Positions 18,981 to 28,973 of a DNA stretch of 61,241 bases are shown here, one piece after another. A model generated the notes under the pieces. It saw nothing but the letters and a program-made list of their open reading frames with translations. It searched no databases and was not told where the DNA came from. Source of the DNA: a virus (lineage: Duplodnaviria; Caudoviricetes); the IMG/VR virus record IMGVR_UViG_3300028809_000014, positions 1 through 61,241 of that record; one strand, given 5' to 3'. A program made the translations under genes and the position numbers. Numbering within the stretch: position 1 is the first letter of the stretch; each line of letters opens with the position of its first letter.

Positions 18981-19567
18981 CCGCATTCGTCCTGGCTCAA
19001 GGTCTCGACAGCGTGTATCGCTTCTTCGAGGCGCTGCCGGACGTTGCCGAGCAAGCAGCGGTGCTCGCCGTCAACGACGTTGCCGAGCGCCAGGGCATCA
19101 CCGCCATGCGCCAAGAGATGCGCAAGGAAGTTGACTTCCCAAAGGGCTATCTCGAAGGCGAGCGCCTTCAGGTCGTGAAGAAGGCCCGCAAGGGCGACAT
19201 CAGCGCCATGATCCGTGGCCGTGACCGCGCCACTTCCCTCGCCCGCTTTGCCGAAGGGCAGAACCCCGAGAACACCAAAGGTCGAGGCGTGCGTGTACGC
19301 GTGAGCCCAGGCCAAACGCGCACGATGCCCAAAGCCTTCATGGTGCGGCTGAAGAACGGCAACCTGGGCGTTGCTGTGCGGCTCAGAGAGGGCGATCAGA
19401 TGCGCAGGTCATCTAAGGCCTTCAAGCTCAAGGACAACACCTTCTTGCTCTACGGTCCTTCCGTCGATCAAGTCTTTCGCGGTGTGGCAGAGGACGCGAC
19501 CCCCGAGATCCAACGTCTGCTCACCACCCAGTTCCTACGTCAATTCGCGAGGCTCTCCCGTGGCTGA
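18977..19567 (+). CDS. Tail completion/minor tail protein (gpZ-like)
   Basis: Basic; TSLARF, GVRVRV, AFMV, LLYGPSVDQVF. Confidence 0.72.
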   Translation: MTAFVLAQGLDSVYRFFEALPDVAEQAAVLAVNDVAERQGITAMRQEMRKEVDFPKGYLEGERLQVVKKARKGDISAMIRGRDRATSLARFAEGQNPENTKGRGVRVRVSPGQTRTMPKAFMVRLKNGNLGVAVRLREGDQMRRSSKAFKLKDNTFLLYGPSVDQVFRGVAEDATPEIQRLLTTQFLRQFARLSRG

Positions 19568-20078
19568 TCCATTCCGTCTTACCGTTCTCAAGCGTCTCAC
19601 GGCCGTGCTCGAAGAGACGCTCGACCCACCCGCCGAATTCAACACCGTTGGCAAGGTTCAACGCGGCCGGCTGTTGACCGGCGAAGAAAGTTCCCTGCCG
19701 TATATCACCGTGGTCGAGGCCCCGCGCTCAGGCTTCAACGCCTACGTGGGCGGCCAGGAAGCAACGAAGACCACGTGGCCGCTGCTCGTTCAGGGCTACT
19801 GCAACGACGATTTGAAAGAGCCGACCGACGCGCTCTATCGCTTCGGGCATGAAGTGTCTCTGCGCCTCGCGGCTATCACGGCCATGAAGGACGACGGCAG
19901 TGGCCGCGAGGCGTACCCGCAGTTCCACATGCTGGGCCGTGACGATGAGAACCGGCCGTTGATCGCGGCCTTCGAGTTCGGCCCACTCATCGTTCGTCCA
20001 CAAGATCCCGCACAGAGCGTGAAGGCTTGTTTCTACTTGCCGGTCACGATCACTTTCGCCAGGGAGGTAAGCGCTTAA
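19560..20078 (+). CDS. Tail terminator-like protein
   Basis: GTG start overlapping upstream stop; V.RGR......LP pattern; precedes tail tube gene. Confidence 0.62.
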   Translation: MADPFRLTVLKRLTAVLEETLDPPAEFNTVGKVQRGRLLTGEESSLPYITVVEAPRSGFNAYVGGQEATKTTWPLLVQGYCNDDLKEPTDALYRFGHEVSLRLAAITAMKDDGSGREAYPQFHMLGRDDENRPLIAAFEFGPLIVRPQDPAQSVKACFYLPVTITFAREVSA

Positions 20079-20137
20079 AGACCAATGAGCCATAATCCGC
20101 ACCGCAAGTTTTTTTCCACTCTCTAAGGAGCATCACC

Positions 20138-20974
20138 ATGCCAATCACCGCAGACCTTGGCGGCAAGGACTACACCCTCGGCCGGGGCAAGATCTTCTTC
20201 GACCGCTACCCGGACGGCGTTGCCATCAACGCAACGACCCAGGGTTCGGGCGAACGCTACTTCGGCAACACGCCCGAGTTCTCGACCACCAGCACGTCGG
20301 AAGACCTCGACCACTTCGACAGCGACTCTGGCATCCGCACGAAGGACGACTCCGTGCAGTTGTCGTTCGACCGCACCGGCACCGTCGTGTGCGACAACAT
20401 CTCGGCCGACAACATCGCGCTCCAGTTCCTCGGCGACGATCCCACCACGGTCGTGACCGCTTCGGCAACCGCCGTGGTCGATTCCGACAAGGTGGGCGTG
20501 AAGCGCGGCACCTTCATCCAACTCGGTGCCACGACCGCTTTGCCCTCGGGCGTGCGCAACGTGTCCAACGTGCTGGTCAGCAAGGTCGTCAGCGGCACGC
20601 CGACTCCGGTCACGCCGGCCGGCAACATCGAAGTGGACGAAGCCCTGGGCCGCGTCTACATCGAAGACGTTGCCACGGCCACCGGCATCGCCGACGGCGA
20701 CACGCTGCGCTTCACCTACGACGTTGCCGCCACGTCGCGCGAGCAGGTCATCTCGAAGAACAAGTCGATCTACGGCGCGCTGCGCTACGTGGCCGACAAC
20801 CCGAAGGGCACGAACCGCGACTTCTACTTCCCGTATGTCAAGCTGACCCCCGACGGCGACTACGCCTTCAAGGGCGACGACTGGCAGCAGATGACCTTCG
20901 CGGTCGAGATCCTGAAGAAGGCCTCGAACATCGAGTCGGTCTACGTGGACGGCCGCGCCGTCGTGACGCCGTAA
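20138..20974 (+). CDS. Major tail tube protein
   Basis: YTLGRGKIFFD, RYFGNTPEF, GALRYVADNPKG, LTPDGD..FKGDDWQ; RBS AAGGAG. Confidence 0.82.
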   Translation: MPITADLGGKDYTLGRGKIFFDRYPDGVAINATTQGSGERYFGNTPEFSTTSTSEDLDHFDSDSGIRTKDDSVQLSFDRTGTVVCDNISADNIALQFLGDDPTTVVTASATAVVDSDKVGVKRGTFIQLGATTALPSGVRNVSNVLVSKVVSGTPTPVTPAGNIEVDEALGRVYIEDVATATGIADGDTLRFTYDVAATSREQVISKNKSIYGALRYVADNPKGTNRDFYFPYVKLTPDGDYAFKGDDWQQMTFAVEILKKASNIESVYVDGRAVVTP

Positions 20975-20987
20975 GCGAAAGGGGATC

Positions 20988-21434
20988 ATGAGCTTCGCCC
21001 ACTACAAAGCACCGAAGCGCGTTTTCCCCATGAGCGATAAAGAAGGCCAGTCGGTAACCCTGACTGGCCTTTCGCTTGTGGCAATCGCCTCGCTACTCGA
21101 AGAACACATCGACGATCTCGAATCGCTCTGGTCGCTGGCCTTCTCTGGCCGTAGCATCAGCGTGAACGACTACGACACCCTGGCGCCGATCCTGATGACG
21201 CACGCGCCCGGTCTGGTCGCCAACATCATCGCGCTCGCGGCCGGCCTACCCGAAGAAGCACCGCTGGTCGAGAAGATGTCGGCGCCACGACAAATCGAAA
21301 TGCTGATCGCTATCGGCGATCTCACCTTCGAGGAAGTGGGTGGCGTAAAAAAATGCATGGAGATGGTCTCGGGTCTCATGAAGAACATGATGGGCCAAAC
21401 GGCGACGGTCAAGAAGACCGTGAAACGCCGCTGA
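20988..21434 (+). CDS. Tail assembly chaperone (gpG analogue)
   Basis: Between tail tube and tape measure; contains slippery A7. Confidence 0.78.
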   Translation: MSFAHYKAPKRVFPMSDKEGQSVTLTGLSLVAIASLLEEHIDDLESLWSLAFSGRSISVNDYDTLAPILMTHAPGLVANIIALAAGLPEEAPLVEKMSAPRQIEMLIAIGDLTFEEVGGVKKCMEMVSGLMKNMMGQTATVKKTVKRR

Positions 21435-21673
21435 CCCGTTTCTACCTGGGCCTTCGCCGAGATGTCAGCCTACTACTGTCCGAAGGTCATGAACATGCAC
21501 GAGAGTACCCGGTCGTGCATGTGTGGAATGAAGCAAGGATTGTTCGTCAACGTCACTCGACACGCCGCTTCCGTGATTCAGCGTTGACGCAATTGATCCT
21601 TTCCACCCTCTTCAACAAGAAGGCTGGGAAGGAACTTCAAAAGCTGTTGAAGAAGGTGGCTGAAAGTGATTAA
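21347..21673 (+). CDS. Frameshifted extension of tail chaperone (gpGT analogue); -1 slippery site A AAA AAA at 21347-21353
   Basis: GTA AAA AAA TGC; -1 frame open to 21673, overlapping the TMP start. Confidence 0.75.
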   Translation, partial: KKMHGDGLGSHEEHDGPNGDGQEDRETPLTRFYLGLRRDVSLLLSEGHEHAREYPVVHVWNEARIVRQRHSTRRFRDSALTQLILSTLFNKKAGKELQKLLKKVAESD

Positions 21674-24600
21674 CAAGCAAGAGATCGATCTGCTGATCCG
21701 GGCTTCGGTTCAGAACAAGCAGGATTTGCAGAGCATCCCGAAGACCATCAAGGCCCTCGAAGATGCACTTGACCGTCAGGCGGCCGCCGCGAAACGCGGT
21801 GAGTCGTCCATCGACGAACTCAAGGCCACGCTCTTGTCCCTCCAACAAACCCAAAGTGCTCTCACGAGCAACGCGGGTCTTGTTGGGGCTTTTCAAAAGC
21901 TCGGCGAAACCGTACAGCGCACCGAAGAGCGTGTCGCCCGCACGGCAAAGACCTACGAGGACTACCGCAAGCGCCTCGACGGGTTGAACGATGTCACGGA
22001 GAAGCAGCAAGAGCGCCTCATCAAGCTCTCGCAGGCTTCCGAGCGCGCCAACAGCACGCTGTCGAAGCAACGTCTCAGCTACACCGAGATGGCTGCGGCG
22101 CTCAAGACTGCCGGCATCGAGACCAACAACCTCGCCGACGCTGAACTCAAGATCCGCGATGCCGCCGCGCAGCTTGGCGTGGTGATGAACAAGAACCAAG
22201 CCGCGATCACCAACTACGGCGACGCGGTGCGCAAGGCTCGCGACGAAGAGAAGAAACGCGCCGCCGATGCTGCCGCCAACGCGCAAGCGCAAGTGGCTGC
22301 ACAACGGGCCATCGAGGCACAGCAGCAACGCCTCCTGGCCGCCAGTAACAAGGCCGCCATCGCTGCTGCCGCTGCGAAAGACGCGTTCGCTCAAGACAAC
22401 GCGCTCATCACCCAGGCCGACAACGCCGAGCGCGCTGCTCGCAGCTACACGTCGCTCGCTCGCGCGGCAAAGGATCTGAGCCCGGCAACGATCACGCTGC
22501 GTGAGGCCGTGAACCAACTGATCAATCCGGTCAACAAAGCCACGCAGAGCATCGACGGCCTGGAGAAGTCCTTGATGGACACGGGCAAATCGATTGGCAG
22601 CATCAAGGGCCCGGTGCGCGAGTACAACCAGTCGCTCAAGGCGCTGAGCGATGCGCAGAAGGCAATCGGCGCGCAATCGCAACTGGTTCAGGACTTCCAG
22701 CAGCAGGCCGCCGCGCTGCGGGCCGCTCGCACGGAATTCACCCAGGCGCGCGCACAGGTCCAGCAGTACGCCGATGCGGTCCGCCAAGGGGGTGATAGCG
22801 GGCAACGCTTTGCGAAGGCTCTGGCAGACGCGCAGGTACGCGCACGGGCCACTGCCGAAGCGCTTAACGCCCAGGTCCAGGCAACCCGGAACTCCCGCGA
22901 GGCTTTGGAGCGCGCTGGGATCTCGACCCGAGCCCTGGCTGACGCCGAACAGCGTCTCGTGCAGGCCGCCCGCACGTCAGTCTCGCAACTGAATGCGCTC
23001 AAGCAGGCCGTGACTGAATACGGCGTCGCCAGCGAGAAGGCTGGCAAGCAAAGTCTTGGCGCGGGCGACGGCGAGCGCACCACGCTGAACTTCGCGCAGC
23101 GCTTGCGCGGCCAGATCCTGTCGCTGACCGCCAGCTATGTTGGTCTGTTCGGCGCAATCCAACAGGCCAAGGGCGCCATCGACTCGATGGTTGGCCTGCA
23201 AACGATCAACCAGCGAATTGCCGTTGGCTTGGACACGACCGACCCGCGCAAGGTGGGCCAGGAGTTCGATTACCTGCGCAGCCGTGCGGACTTCTACGGT
23301 GTTGGTCTGCGCGCCCTGGCCGACAGCTACGGCTCGTTCGCTATCGCCTCGCGCAGTGCGAACCAAGACGCCAAGACCACGCGCTTCGAGTTTGAGCAAC
23401 TCACGGCGGGTTTTCGCGTGATGAAGTTGACGACCGATCAGCAGTCGCGCGCGTTTGCCCAGGTCAACCAGATCTTGAGCAAGACCAAGCCTGAACTCGA
23501 AGACATCAAGACCATCGCCGAGGCCGGCTTTCCGGCGCAATCGATCATGGCAAAGGGTCTGCGTGAGATCGGCGTGGCGGGCATTCGCGCCGGCACCGAA
23601 GTGCAGGACATGGCAAAGCTGATGAAAGATGGCCTGCTGTCATCGCAAGACGCGGTGCTTGGCTTGGCTGTCGGCATTCAGAAGACCATGGGCAATCAAG
23701 TGCCCGCTGCTGTCAAGACGCTGCAAGCCGAACTCGGCCGCTTCGAGACAGCCTGGTTTGATTTTCAAAACAAGGTCGCTGAGTCCGGCTTCGGTGAGGC
23801 GTTCCAACGTGCGCTCGTCAACGTGCGCGAGTTCCTCAATAGCGAAGACGGCAGCAAGGCGGCCGAGTCCATCGGCAAGGCGTTCGAGGCCATCACCAAC
23901 GGCGCGATCCTTCTGCTGAAGAACATCGAGACCGTGAAGACGTTGAGCGAAGCCTTCATCGCCCTGTGGGTGACGGCGCGTTTCAGCGAAGCGGTCACCG
24001 GCCTCGCCAATCTGAAGAACGGCGTCGATGGCGTTGGCAAGGAGATCACGAAGACGCAGAAGATCTTCAAGGCCTTCGACGCGTTGATCATTGGCTGGAC
24101 CATCGGTACCGTGATCCGCCAGAAGTTCGCCATCGTGCGCGAGGCCGGCGAGTGGATGGCCGACGGGCTTGAAGCGACCTGGGCCGTGATCTCGAACTCG
24201 TTCCTTGCGATGGTCAACGTGTTGCCGATCTACTTCACGAACGCGCTGAAGCGAATGGTCAATAACATGGGCGGCCCGCTCACCGCAATCGCGAAGGGCT
24301 TCTCGAACATCGCTGGCGCCATCGGCCTGGATGGCACGAAGACCGCGCTCGACAAGGCTGTGCAAACCGTCACCTTCGAGTACGAGGACACGAAGGACGT
24401 GGTAGCGAAGGCCCGCGCGCAACTGGACAAGGATCTGGCCGCGATCAAGTCCAACCGCGCGTTCCTGAGCACGAAGCGCGAAGGTGTGGTGCTTGCTGCC
24501 GGTGCGACGGATATCACGCCGACCGGTCGCCCCGCTCGCTCGGGCACGCGGCTTGAAGACGACAAGAAGGCCGAGGCCGCAGCGAAGAAGCGTCTTGCCG

Positions 24601-26012
24601 ACATCGAGTCGATCACCAAGTCACTCGAATCGCTGACGGTGCGCAGCGACAAGGCGCAGAGCGATTCGCTCGAAGCGCAACTCAAGGCCGTGGACGTGCA
24701 GTACGAGGCGCTGTCTCGCCGCATCAAGGCCCTGGGCGGTAAGGAAGGCGCAGAGTTCGCCAAGGCGTTCGCTGATGGCATCTCCAGCTTGAAGGGCCAG
24801 ATCACGGACAACTTCAACAAGAAGCTCGCAGACGAACAGGCCTCGTTGACCAAGAAGCTCGAAGACGCCGAGGCTGCTGCCGGTCGTCGTAGCAAGGACT
24901 CGCTCGATGCGCGGCTGAAGGCTGTGACCGACAAGTACGCACAGACCTATCGCGAGATCGACGAACTGCGCCGCAAGCTCATCGACAACGGTCAGGACGC
25001 GGGTGTTGCCGATCAGATGAAGACTCGTCTCGACCTGGGTGTGCAGGAGATCCAGAACCTCGAAAAGACGAAGTTCATCGAAGACCAACTGCGCGACAAG
25101 GCCCAGGAGGTGAACAACCTCGTGCAGGCCCGCAATGCCACCATCCAGGCGAACAAGGAACTCGAAGAGGCCGGACTGATCAACAACGCCGAACTGCGTG
25201 ATCGCATCCGCAATACGGTCGAGCAGACACAGCCGGCCATCCAGGCGCTCACCGCTTCGGGCATTGCGTTCGCGCAGTCGCTCGACTCGGCGTTCGATCC
25301 TGCGAAGGTGCAGCAGTTCATCGCGAAGATGCAACTGGCCGTGGCTACCGGTCAATCGCTGAACAAAGAGTTCGAGATCACGCAGAAGCAGTTGAGCGAC
25401 GCCATCGCCAACAACGGCGCCAAGGCGTTCAACACCATGGCCGACGCAATCGGTCAGGCGGTGAACAAGCAGATGTCGTGGAGCGATGCGCTGAAGGCCA
25501 CGGGCCGGGCCGCGTTGCAGTTCTTCGCGGACATGCTCAAGTGGTATGCCGAGGCAATCATCAAGCAGCAGATCTTGAACTCGCTTCAGACCGGCAGCAG
25601 CGGTGGCAGCTTTCTGAAGTTCTTCGGCGCGCTGTTCGGCGTGGGCGTGAATCACGAAGGTGGTGTTGTCGGTGACGTGAACAACCGCACGCGCAATGTC
25701 TCGCCGCTGTGGTTTGCCAACGCACCGCGCTATCACACGGGCGGTCTCGCTGGCATCGCGCCGAACGAGTTCCCGGCCATCCTGAAGCGAAACGAAGAAG
25801 TGCTCACCGAAGGCGACCCGCGCAACGTGCTCAACGGCGGTCTCAATCCGTCAGGCGGTGGCGGTGCCGGCTCGCCGACGAGCGTGGTGCTCGTCGATAG
25901 CCGCGAGCGTGTGCCACAAGCCATGGCCGGCTCGGCAGGCGGCAAGGTCGTGGTGCAGCAGATCAAAGACAACCTCCCGACTATTCGGGCGATGCTCAAA
26001 GGAGGAAATTGA
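21666..26012 (+). CDS. Tape measure protein
   Basis: 1448 aa Ala/Gln-rich coiled coil; C-terminal HEGGVVG/RYHTGG/EFPAILKRNEEVL. Confidence 0.92.
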   Translation: MINKQEIDLLIRASVQNKQDLQSIPKTIKALEDALDRQAAAAKRGESSIDELKATLLSLQQTQSALTSNAGLVGAFQKLGETVQRTEERVARTAKTYEDYRKRLDGLNDVTEKQQERLIKLSQASERANSTLSKQRLSYTEMAAALKTAGIETNNLADAELKIRDAAAQLGVVMNKNQAAITNYGDAVRKARDEEKKRAADAAANAQAQVAAQRAIEAQQQRLLAASNKAAIAAAAAKDAFAQDNALITQADNAERAARSYTSLARAAKDLSPATITLREAVNQLINPVNKATQSIDGLEKSLMDTGKSIGSIKGPVREYNQSLKALSDAQKAIGAQSQLVQDFQQQAAALRAARTEFTQARAQVQQYADAVRQGGDSGQRFAKALADAQVRARATAEALNAQVQATRNSREALERAGISTRALADAEQRLVQAARTSVSQLNALKQAVTEYGVASEKAGKQSLGAGDGERTTLNFAQRLRGQILSLTASYVGLFGAIQQAKGAIDSMVGLQTINQRIAVGLDTTDPRKVGQEFDYLRSRADFYGVGLRALADSYGSFAIASRSANQDAKTTRFEFEQLTAGFRVMKLTTDQQSRAFAQVNQILSKTKPELEDIKTIAEAGFPAQSIMAKGLREIGVAGIRAGTEVQDMAKLMKDGLLSSQDAVLGLAVGIQKTMGNQVPAAVKTLQAELGRFETAWFDFQNKVAESGFGEAFQRALVNVREFLNSEDGSKAAESIGKAFEAITNGAILLLKNIETVKTLSEAFIALWVTARFSEAVTGLANLKNGVDGVGKEITKTQKIFKAFDALIIGWTIGTVIRQKFAIVREAGEWMADGLEATWAVISNSFLAMVNVLPIYFTNALKRMVNNMGGPLTAIAKGFSNIAGAIGLDGTKTALDKAVQTVTFEYEDTKDVVAKARAQLDKDLAAIKSNRAFLSTKREGVVLAAGATDITPTGRPARSGTRLEDDKKAEAAAKKRLADIESITKSLESLTVRSDKAQSDSLEAQLKAVDVQYEALSRRIKALGGKEGAEFAKAFADGISSLKGQITDNFNKKLADEQASLTKKLEDAEAAAGRRSKDSLDARLKAVTDKYAQTYREIDELRRKLIDNGQDAGVADQMKTRLDLGVQEIQNLEKTKFIEDQLRDKAQEVNNLVQARNATIQANKELEEAGLINNAELRDRIRNTVEQTQPAIQALTASGIAFAQSLDSAFDPAKVQQFIAKMQLAVATGQSLNKEFEITQKQLSDAIANNGAKAFNTMADAIGQAVNKQMSWSDALKATGRAALQFFADMLKWYAEAIIKQQILNSLQTGSSGGSFLKFFGALFGVGVNHEGGVVGDVNNRTRNVSPLWFANAPRYHTGGLAGIAPNEFPAILKRNEEVLTEGDPRNVLNGGLNPSGGGGAGSPTSVVLVDSRERVPQAMAGSAGGKVVVQQIKDNLPTIRAMLKGGN

Positions 26013-26013
26013 A

Positions 26014-27690
26014 GTGAGCGCAACCCCTGTGTTCGAGTTCGATGTGCCGGCGCCATACGACGCCAGCTTCACCCACGGCGAAAAGGCCCTGGCCGTGCAC
26101 GACCCGATGAGCGCCACCCCGCCGCTGTCGGGCTACTACTTGGCGCGCTGGCTTCCGGTGCCGGCCGGCCTGTACGTGCTCAAGTCCGTGGTCGATGACG
26201 CGGCGCAGTGGTTCGTCGGTGTTGCGGTCGTGCTGTCCTCGCAGAAGAACCAAGGTGTGTTCGAGACGCAGATCTACTTTCCGCCTGGAACGACGCGGAT
26301 GGATCTGACTTTGCAGAACATCGACACCCTGGCTGCGCAATGCTTCGTCGCGTTCTCGCTGCATCAGGCCGGCCGGCTGATCTATGCGTCGTCGGCCGAT
26401 GGCTGGATGTTCGACACGACACCCATCGCCGATGCGGATCTCGGCCCGGCCCCGGACCCGCGTGCGAGCCTGCCCGTGTTCTCGGTCCTGCCGAACTGGG
26501 GTGAAGCCATCCTCGAACGCCTGGAGTGGTTCAGCGACGTGATGGTGAGCGAGAGCGGCGCCGAGATGCGCCGTTCGATTCGTCCTGAACCCCGCCGCTC
26601 GGTCGAGGCCAGCTTCCTCCGCGCAGGGTCTCAGCGCTCGATGCTCGACACCTTCTTCGCGGCCATCGGGCAGAAGATCTTCATGATGCCGCTATGGTTC
26701 GAGCAGTACCGCCCACCGCAAGGTCTTGCCATGGGGCAAACGGTGATCACCGTGGATGACGGCACGCTGGCATGGCGAGCCTTCCGCCCCAACGATCTGG
26801 TCATCATCATGGACCGCAATCCCAACGACTACGACATTGCCACGGTGTTTTCGGTGGACACGGCCCTGGGCGAGATCACGCTGACCGGCTCGCTGCCCCG
26901 CGCCTGGAGCTACGGGTCGCGAGTGATTCCGTTGCGCAAGGTGCGCATCACCGAGCCGCCCGAACTGGCGAACCCCACGTCGCGCGTCGGCCGCTCCCGT
27001 GCGCGCTTCATGCTCGAAGAGCCCGAGCAGCAAGTCACGCCGGACTGGGTTGGCGGTGAGGGGCGACAGTTCCCGTTCAAGCCGAACCGTGCGACCGACA
27101 TGACGATGGTCTACAACCGGATCACCTACTCCATCGACAACGAGACCGCAACGCCGACCAATCTGGATCTCGGCAATCGTGCTCTCATCGCGCAACGTCT
27201 GGAGTTGCTGCTGTTCGGCCGCCAACTCACCGCCGAGTTGCGCGCATGGCTGGGCGAGACCCGTGGCCGCACGCGTCGCTTCTACCTGCCGACCTACGAG
27301 ATGGACATCATCCCCAAGCAGGATCTCGTGGGCTCGCAGATCGTGGCTGAGCCGATGGGCTTTGCCGACTACATGACTCAGCCGCAGGAGGCTCGTCGCT
27401 ACATCGGTGTCCATCTGACCAGCGGTGCCACGGTGTATCGGCGCATCGCCAGTATCACCGCCGTGCGTTCGACCTACGGCCGCGTGACGAGCGAGATCTT
27501 CACGCTCACCACGCCGTTCGACGACGTGATCTCTGTCGGCGAGATCCGTCGCATCGACTTCATGGTGCCATCGCGCTTCGATCAGGACGCTTTCGAGTTG
27601 ACGCACTACGTGGACGAGAACGCCGCCGTGGGTGTCAACGTGGTCACACGCTCTACCGATTCGGCGGGCATGCCGGACTTGATCGTCTAA
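26014..27690 (+). CDS. Distal tail protein with N-terminal beta-sandwich
   Basis: RBS GGAGG and GTG 26014; PNW....ERLEW.SDV..SESG.E.R..IR..PRR, GR..RFYLPT. Confidence 0.7.
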   Translation: MSATPVFEFDVPAPYDASFTHGEKALAVHDPMSATPPLSGYYLARWLPVPAGLYVLKSVVDDAAQWFVGVAVVLSSQKNQGVFETQIYFPPGTTRMDLTLQNIDTLAAQCFVAFSLHQAGRLIYASSADGWMFDTTPIADADLGPAPDPRASLPVFSVLPNWGEAILERLEWFSDVMVSESGAEMRRSIRPEPRRSVEASFLRAGSQRSMLDTFFAAIGQKIFMMPLWFEQYRPPQGLAMGQTVITVDDGTLAWRAFRPNDLVIIMDRNPNDYDIATVFSVDTALGEITLTGSLPRAWSYGSRVIPLRKVRITEPPELANPTSRVGRSRARFMLEEPEQQVTPDWVGGEGRQFPFKPNRATDMTMVYNRITYSIDNETATPTNLDLGNRALIAQRLELLLFGRQLTAELRAWLGETRGRTRRFYLPTYEMDIIPKQDLVGSQIVAEPMGFADYMTQPQEARRYIGVHLTSGATVYRRIASITAVRSTYGRVTSEIFTLTTPFDDVISVGEIRRIDFMVPSRFDQDAFELTHYVDENAAVGVNVVTRSTDSAGMPDLIV

Positions 27691-27714
27691 CATTGCCATC
27701 CGCAAAGGAATGAG

Positions 27715-28536
27715 ATGACCTATCAGCAATACGATCAATCAATCGAAGACGGCCAACCGGTCGAGTTCTTCGCTTTCGCGTTGGGGACTAACGTCTTCCG
27801 CTACACGAACAGCGCCAAGAACGAGATGACACCGGACGGCTTTGTGTGGCAGTCGGCCGCGATCTCGCACGACGGCTTCAAACAGACCGGTGAGTCGGCC
27901 ACGGACGCAACGGTGATCACGATGCCGAGCGAACTGACGCCGGCCATGATCTTCGCTACGTCGCCGCCCTCGGGCAAGATGGCCGTGCGCATCCTGCGCA
28001 AGCAGCGTGACGACAACGAGACCCGCGTGACCTACATCGGCACGGTCTCTCAGGTCAATCTCGATGAGCCAGGCAAGGCGACCGTCACGTGCGAGACGCT
28101 CTCGGCCTCGATGCAACGCAGCGGTTTGCGTCTGCCATGGCAGCGCACGTGCCCGTATGCGCTGTACGACCCGGTGACGTGTGGCGTCGATCCTGAACCC
28201 CTGGCCGTCAACGTCAAGATCTTGCAGGTCAGCGGCTTTTGGGTTCGTACCGACGTGGCGGGCAGCTATCCCGACGGCCGCTTCGCTGGCGGCTTCTTCC
28301 GTTGGAACGCGGCGGCACGCGGTCTGGAGTACCGACAGATCGAAGCGCACGTCGGTTTTGACCTGCGGCTCTTCGGCGTGATCAACGACCTGTACGTGGG
28401 GCAGGAGTTGCAGATCTTCCCTGGCTGTGCGCGCACCGTCGCGGCATGCCTTTCGTTCGACAACCTGGGCCGATACGGCGGTGTGCCGAACATGCCCGGC
28501 CGCTCGCCGTTCGACGGCAACCCTGTCTTTTACTAG
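27715..28536 (+). CDS. Tail tip protein (DUF2163/BR0599-like)
   Basis: QRTCPYALYD..CGV, PGCART...C..FDNL..YGG.P..P. Confidence 0.8.
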   Translation: MTYQQYDQSIEDGQPVEFFAFALGTNVFRYTNSAKNEMTPDGFVWQSAAISHDGFKQTGESATDATVITMPSELTPAMIFATSPPSGKMAVRILRKQRDDNETRVTYIGTVSQVNLDEPGKATVTCETLSASMQRSGLRLPWQRTCPYALYDPVTCGVDPEPLAVNVKILQVSGFWVRTDVAGSYPDGRFAGGFFRWNAAARGLEYRQIEAHVGFDLRLFGVINDLYVGQELQIFPGCARTVAACLSFDNLGRYGGVPNMPGRSPFDGNPVFY

Positions 28537-28545
28537 GAGCACGCA

Positions 28546-28773
28546 ATGGGATGGGACACACTGATCTACTTGATCGCGTCGTATGTAATCAGCTACGCGC
28601 TGACGCCGAAGCAGAAGCCGCCCAAGCCGGCCGCGTTCGAGGATCTCGACATTCCACAGATCGAAGAGGGCACCGCACAAGGCGTCGTTTTCGGTGACTG
28701 CTGGACCGGTGACTGGCAAGTCCTGGCTGTCGGCAACTACCGCACTGTGCCAATCACAGCGGGAGGCAAGTGA
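28546..28773 (+). CDS. Small tail assembly protein
   Basis: Hydrophobic N-terminus, P..EEG....VVFG. Confidence 0.72.
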   Translation: MGWDTLIYLIASYVISYALTPKQKPPKPAAFEDLDIPQIEEGTAQGVVFGDCWTGDWQVLAVGNYRTVPITAGGK

Positions 28774-28973
28774 TGAGCGAGATCATCGTTCGAGCAGAGC
28801 ACGTGCGTCGTGCGGGTCTGTGCGGTCGCGGTATGCGGCAATGGTTCAAGGCGCACAACCTTGACTTGCTGGACTTCATCAACAACGGGATGCCGGAAAG
28901 CAAGGTCGTCGCACTGAACGATGCTCTTGCCAATCGTGCACTAGAGATTGCAAAGAAAGAGGTGACCAAATGA
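28770..28973 (+). CDS. Small tail assembly protein
   Basis: HVR...LC..G.R.WF..H.LD..DF...G. Confidence 0.72.
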   Translation: MMSEIIVRAEHVRRAGLCGRGMRQWFKAHNLDLLDFINNGMPESKVVALNDALANRALEIAKKEVTK

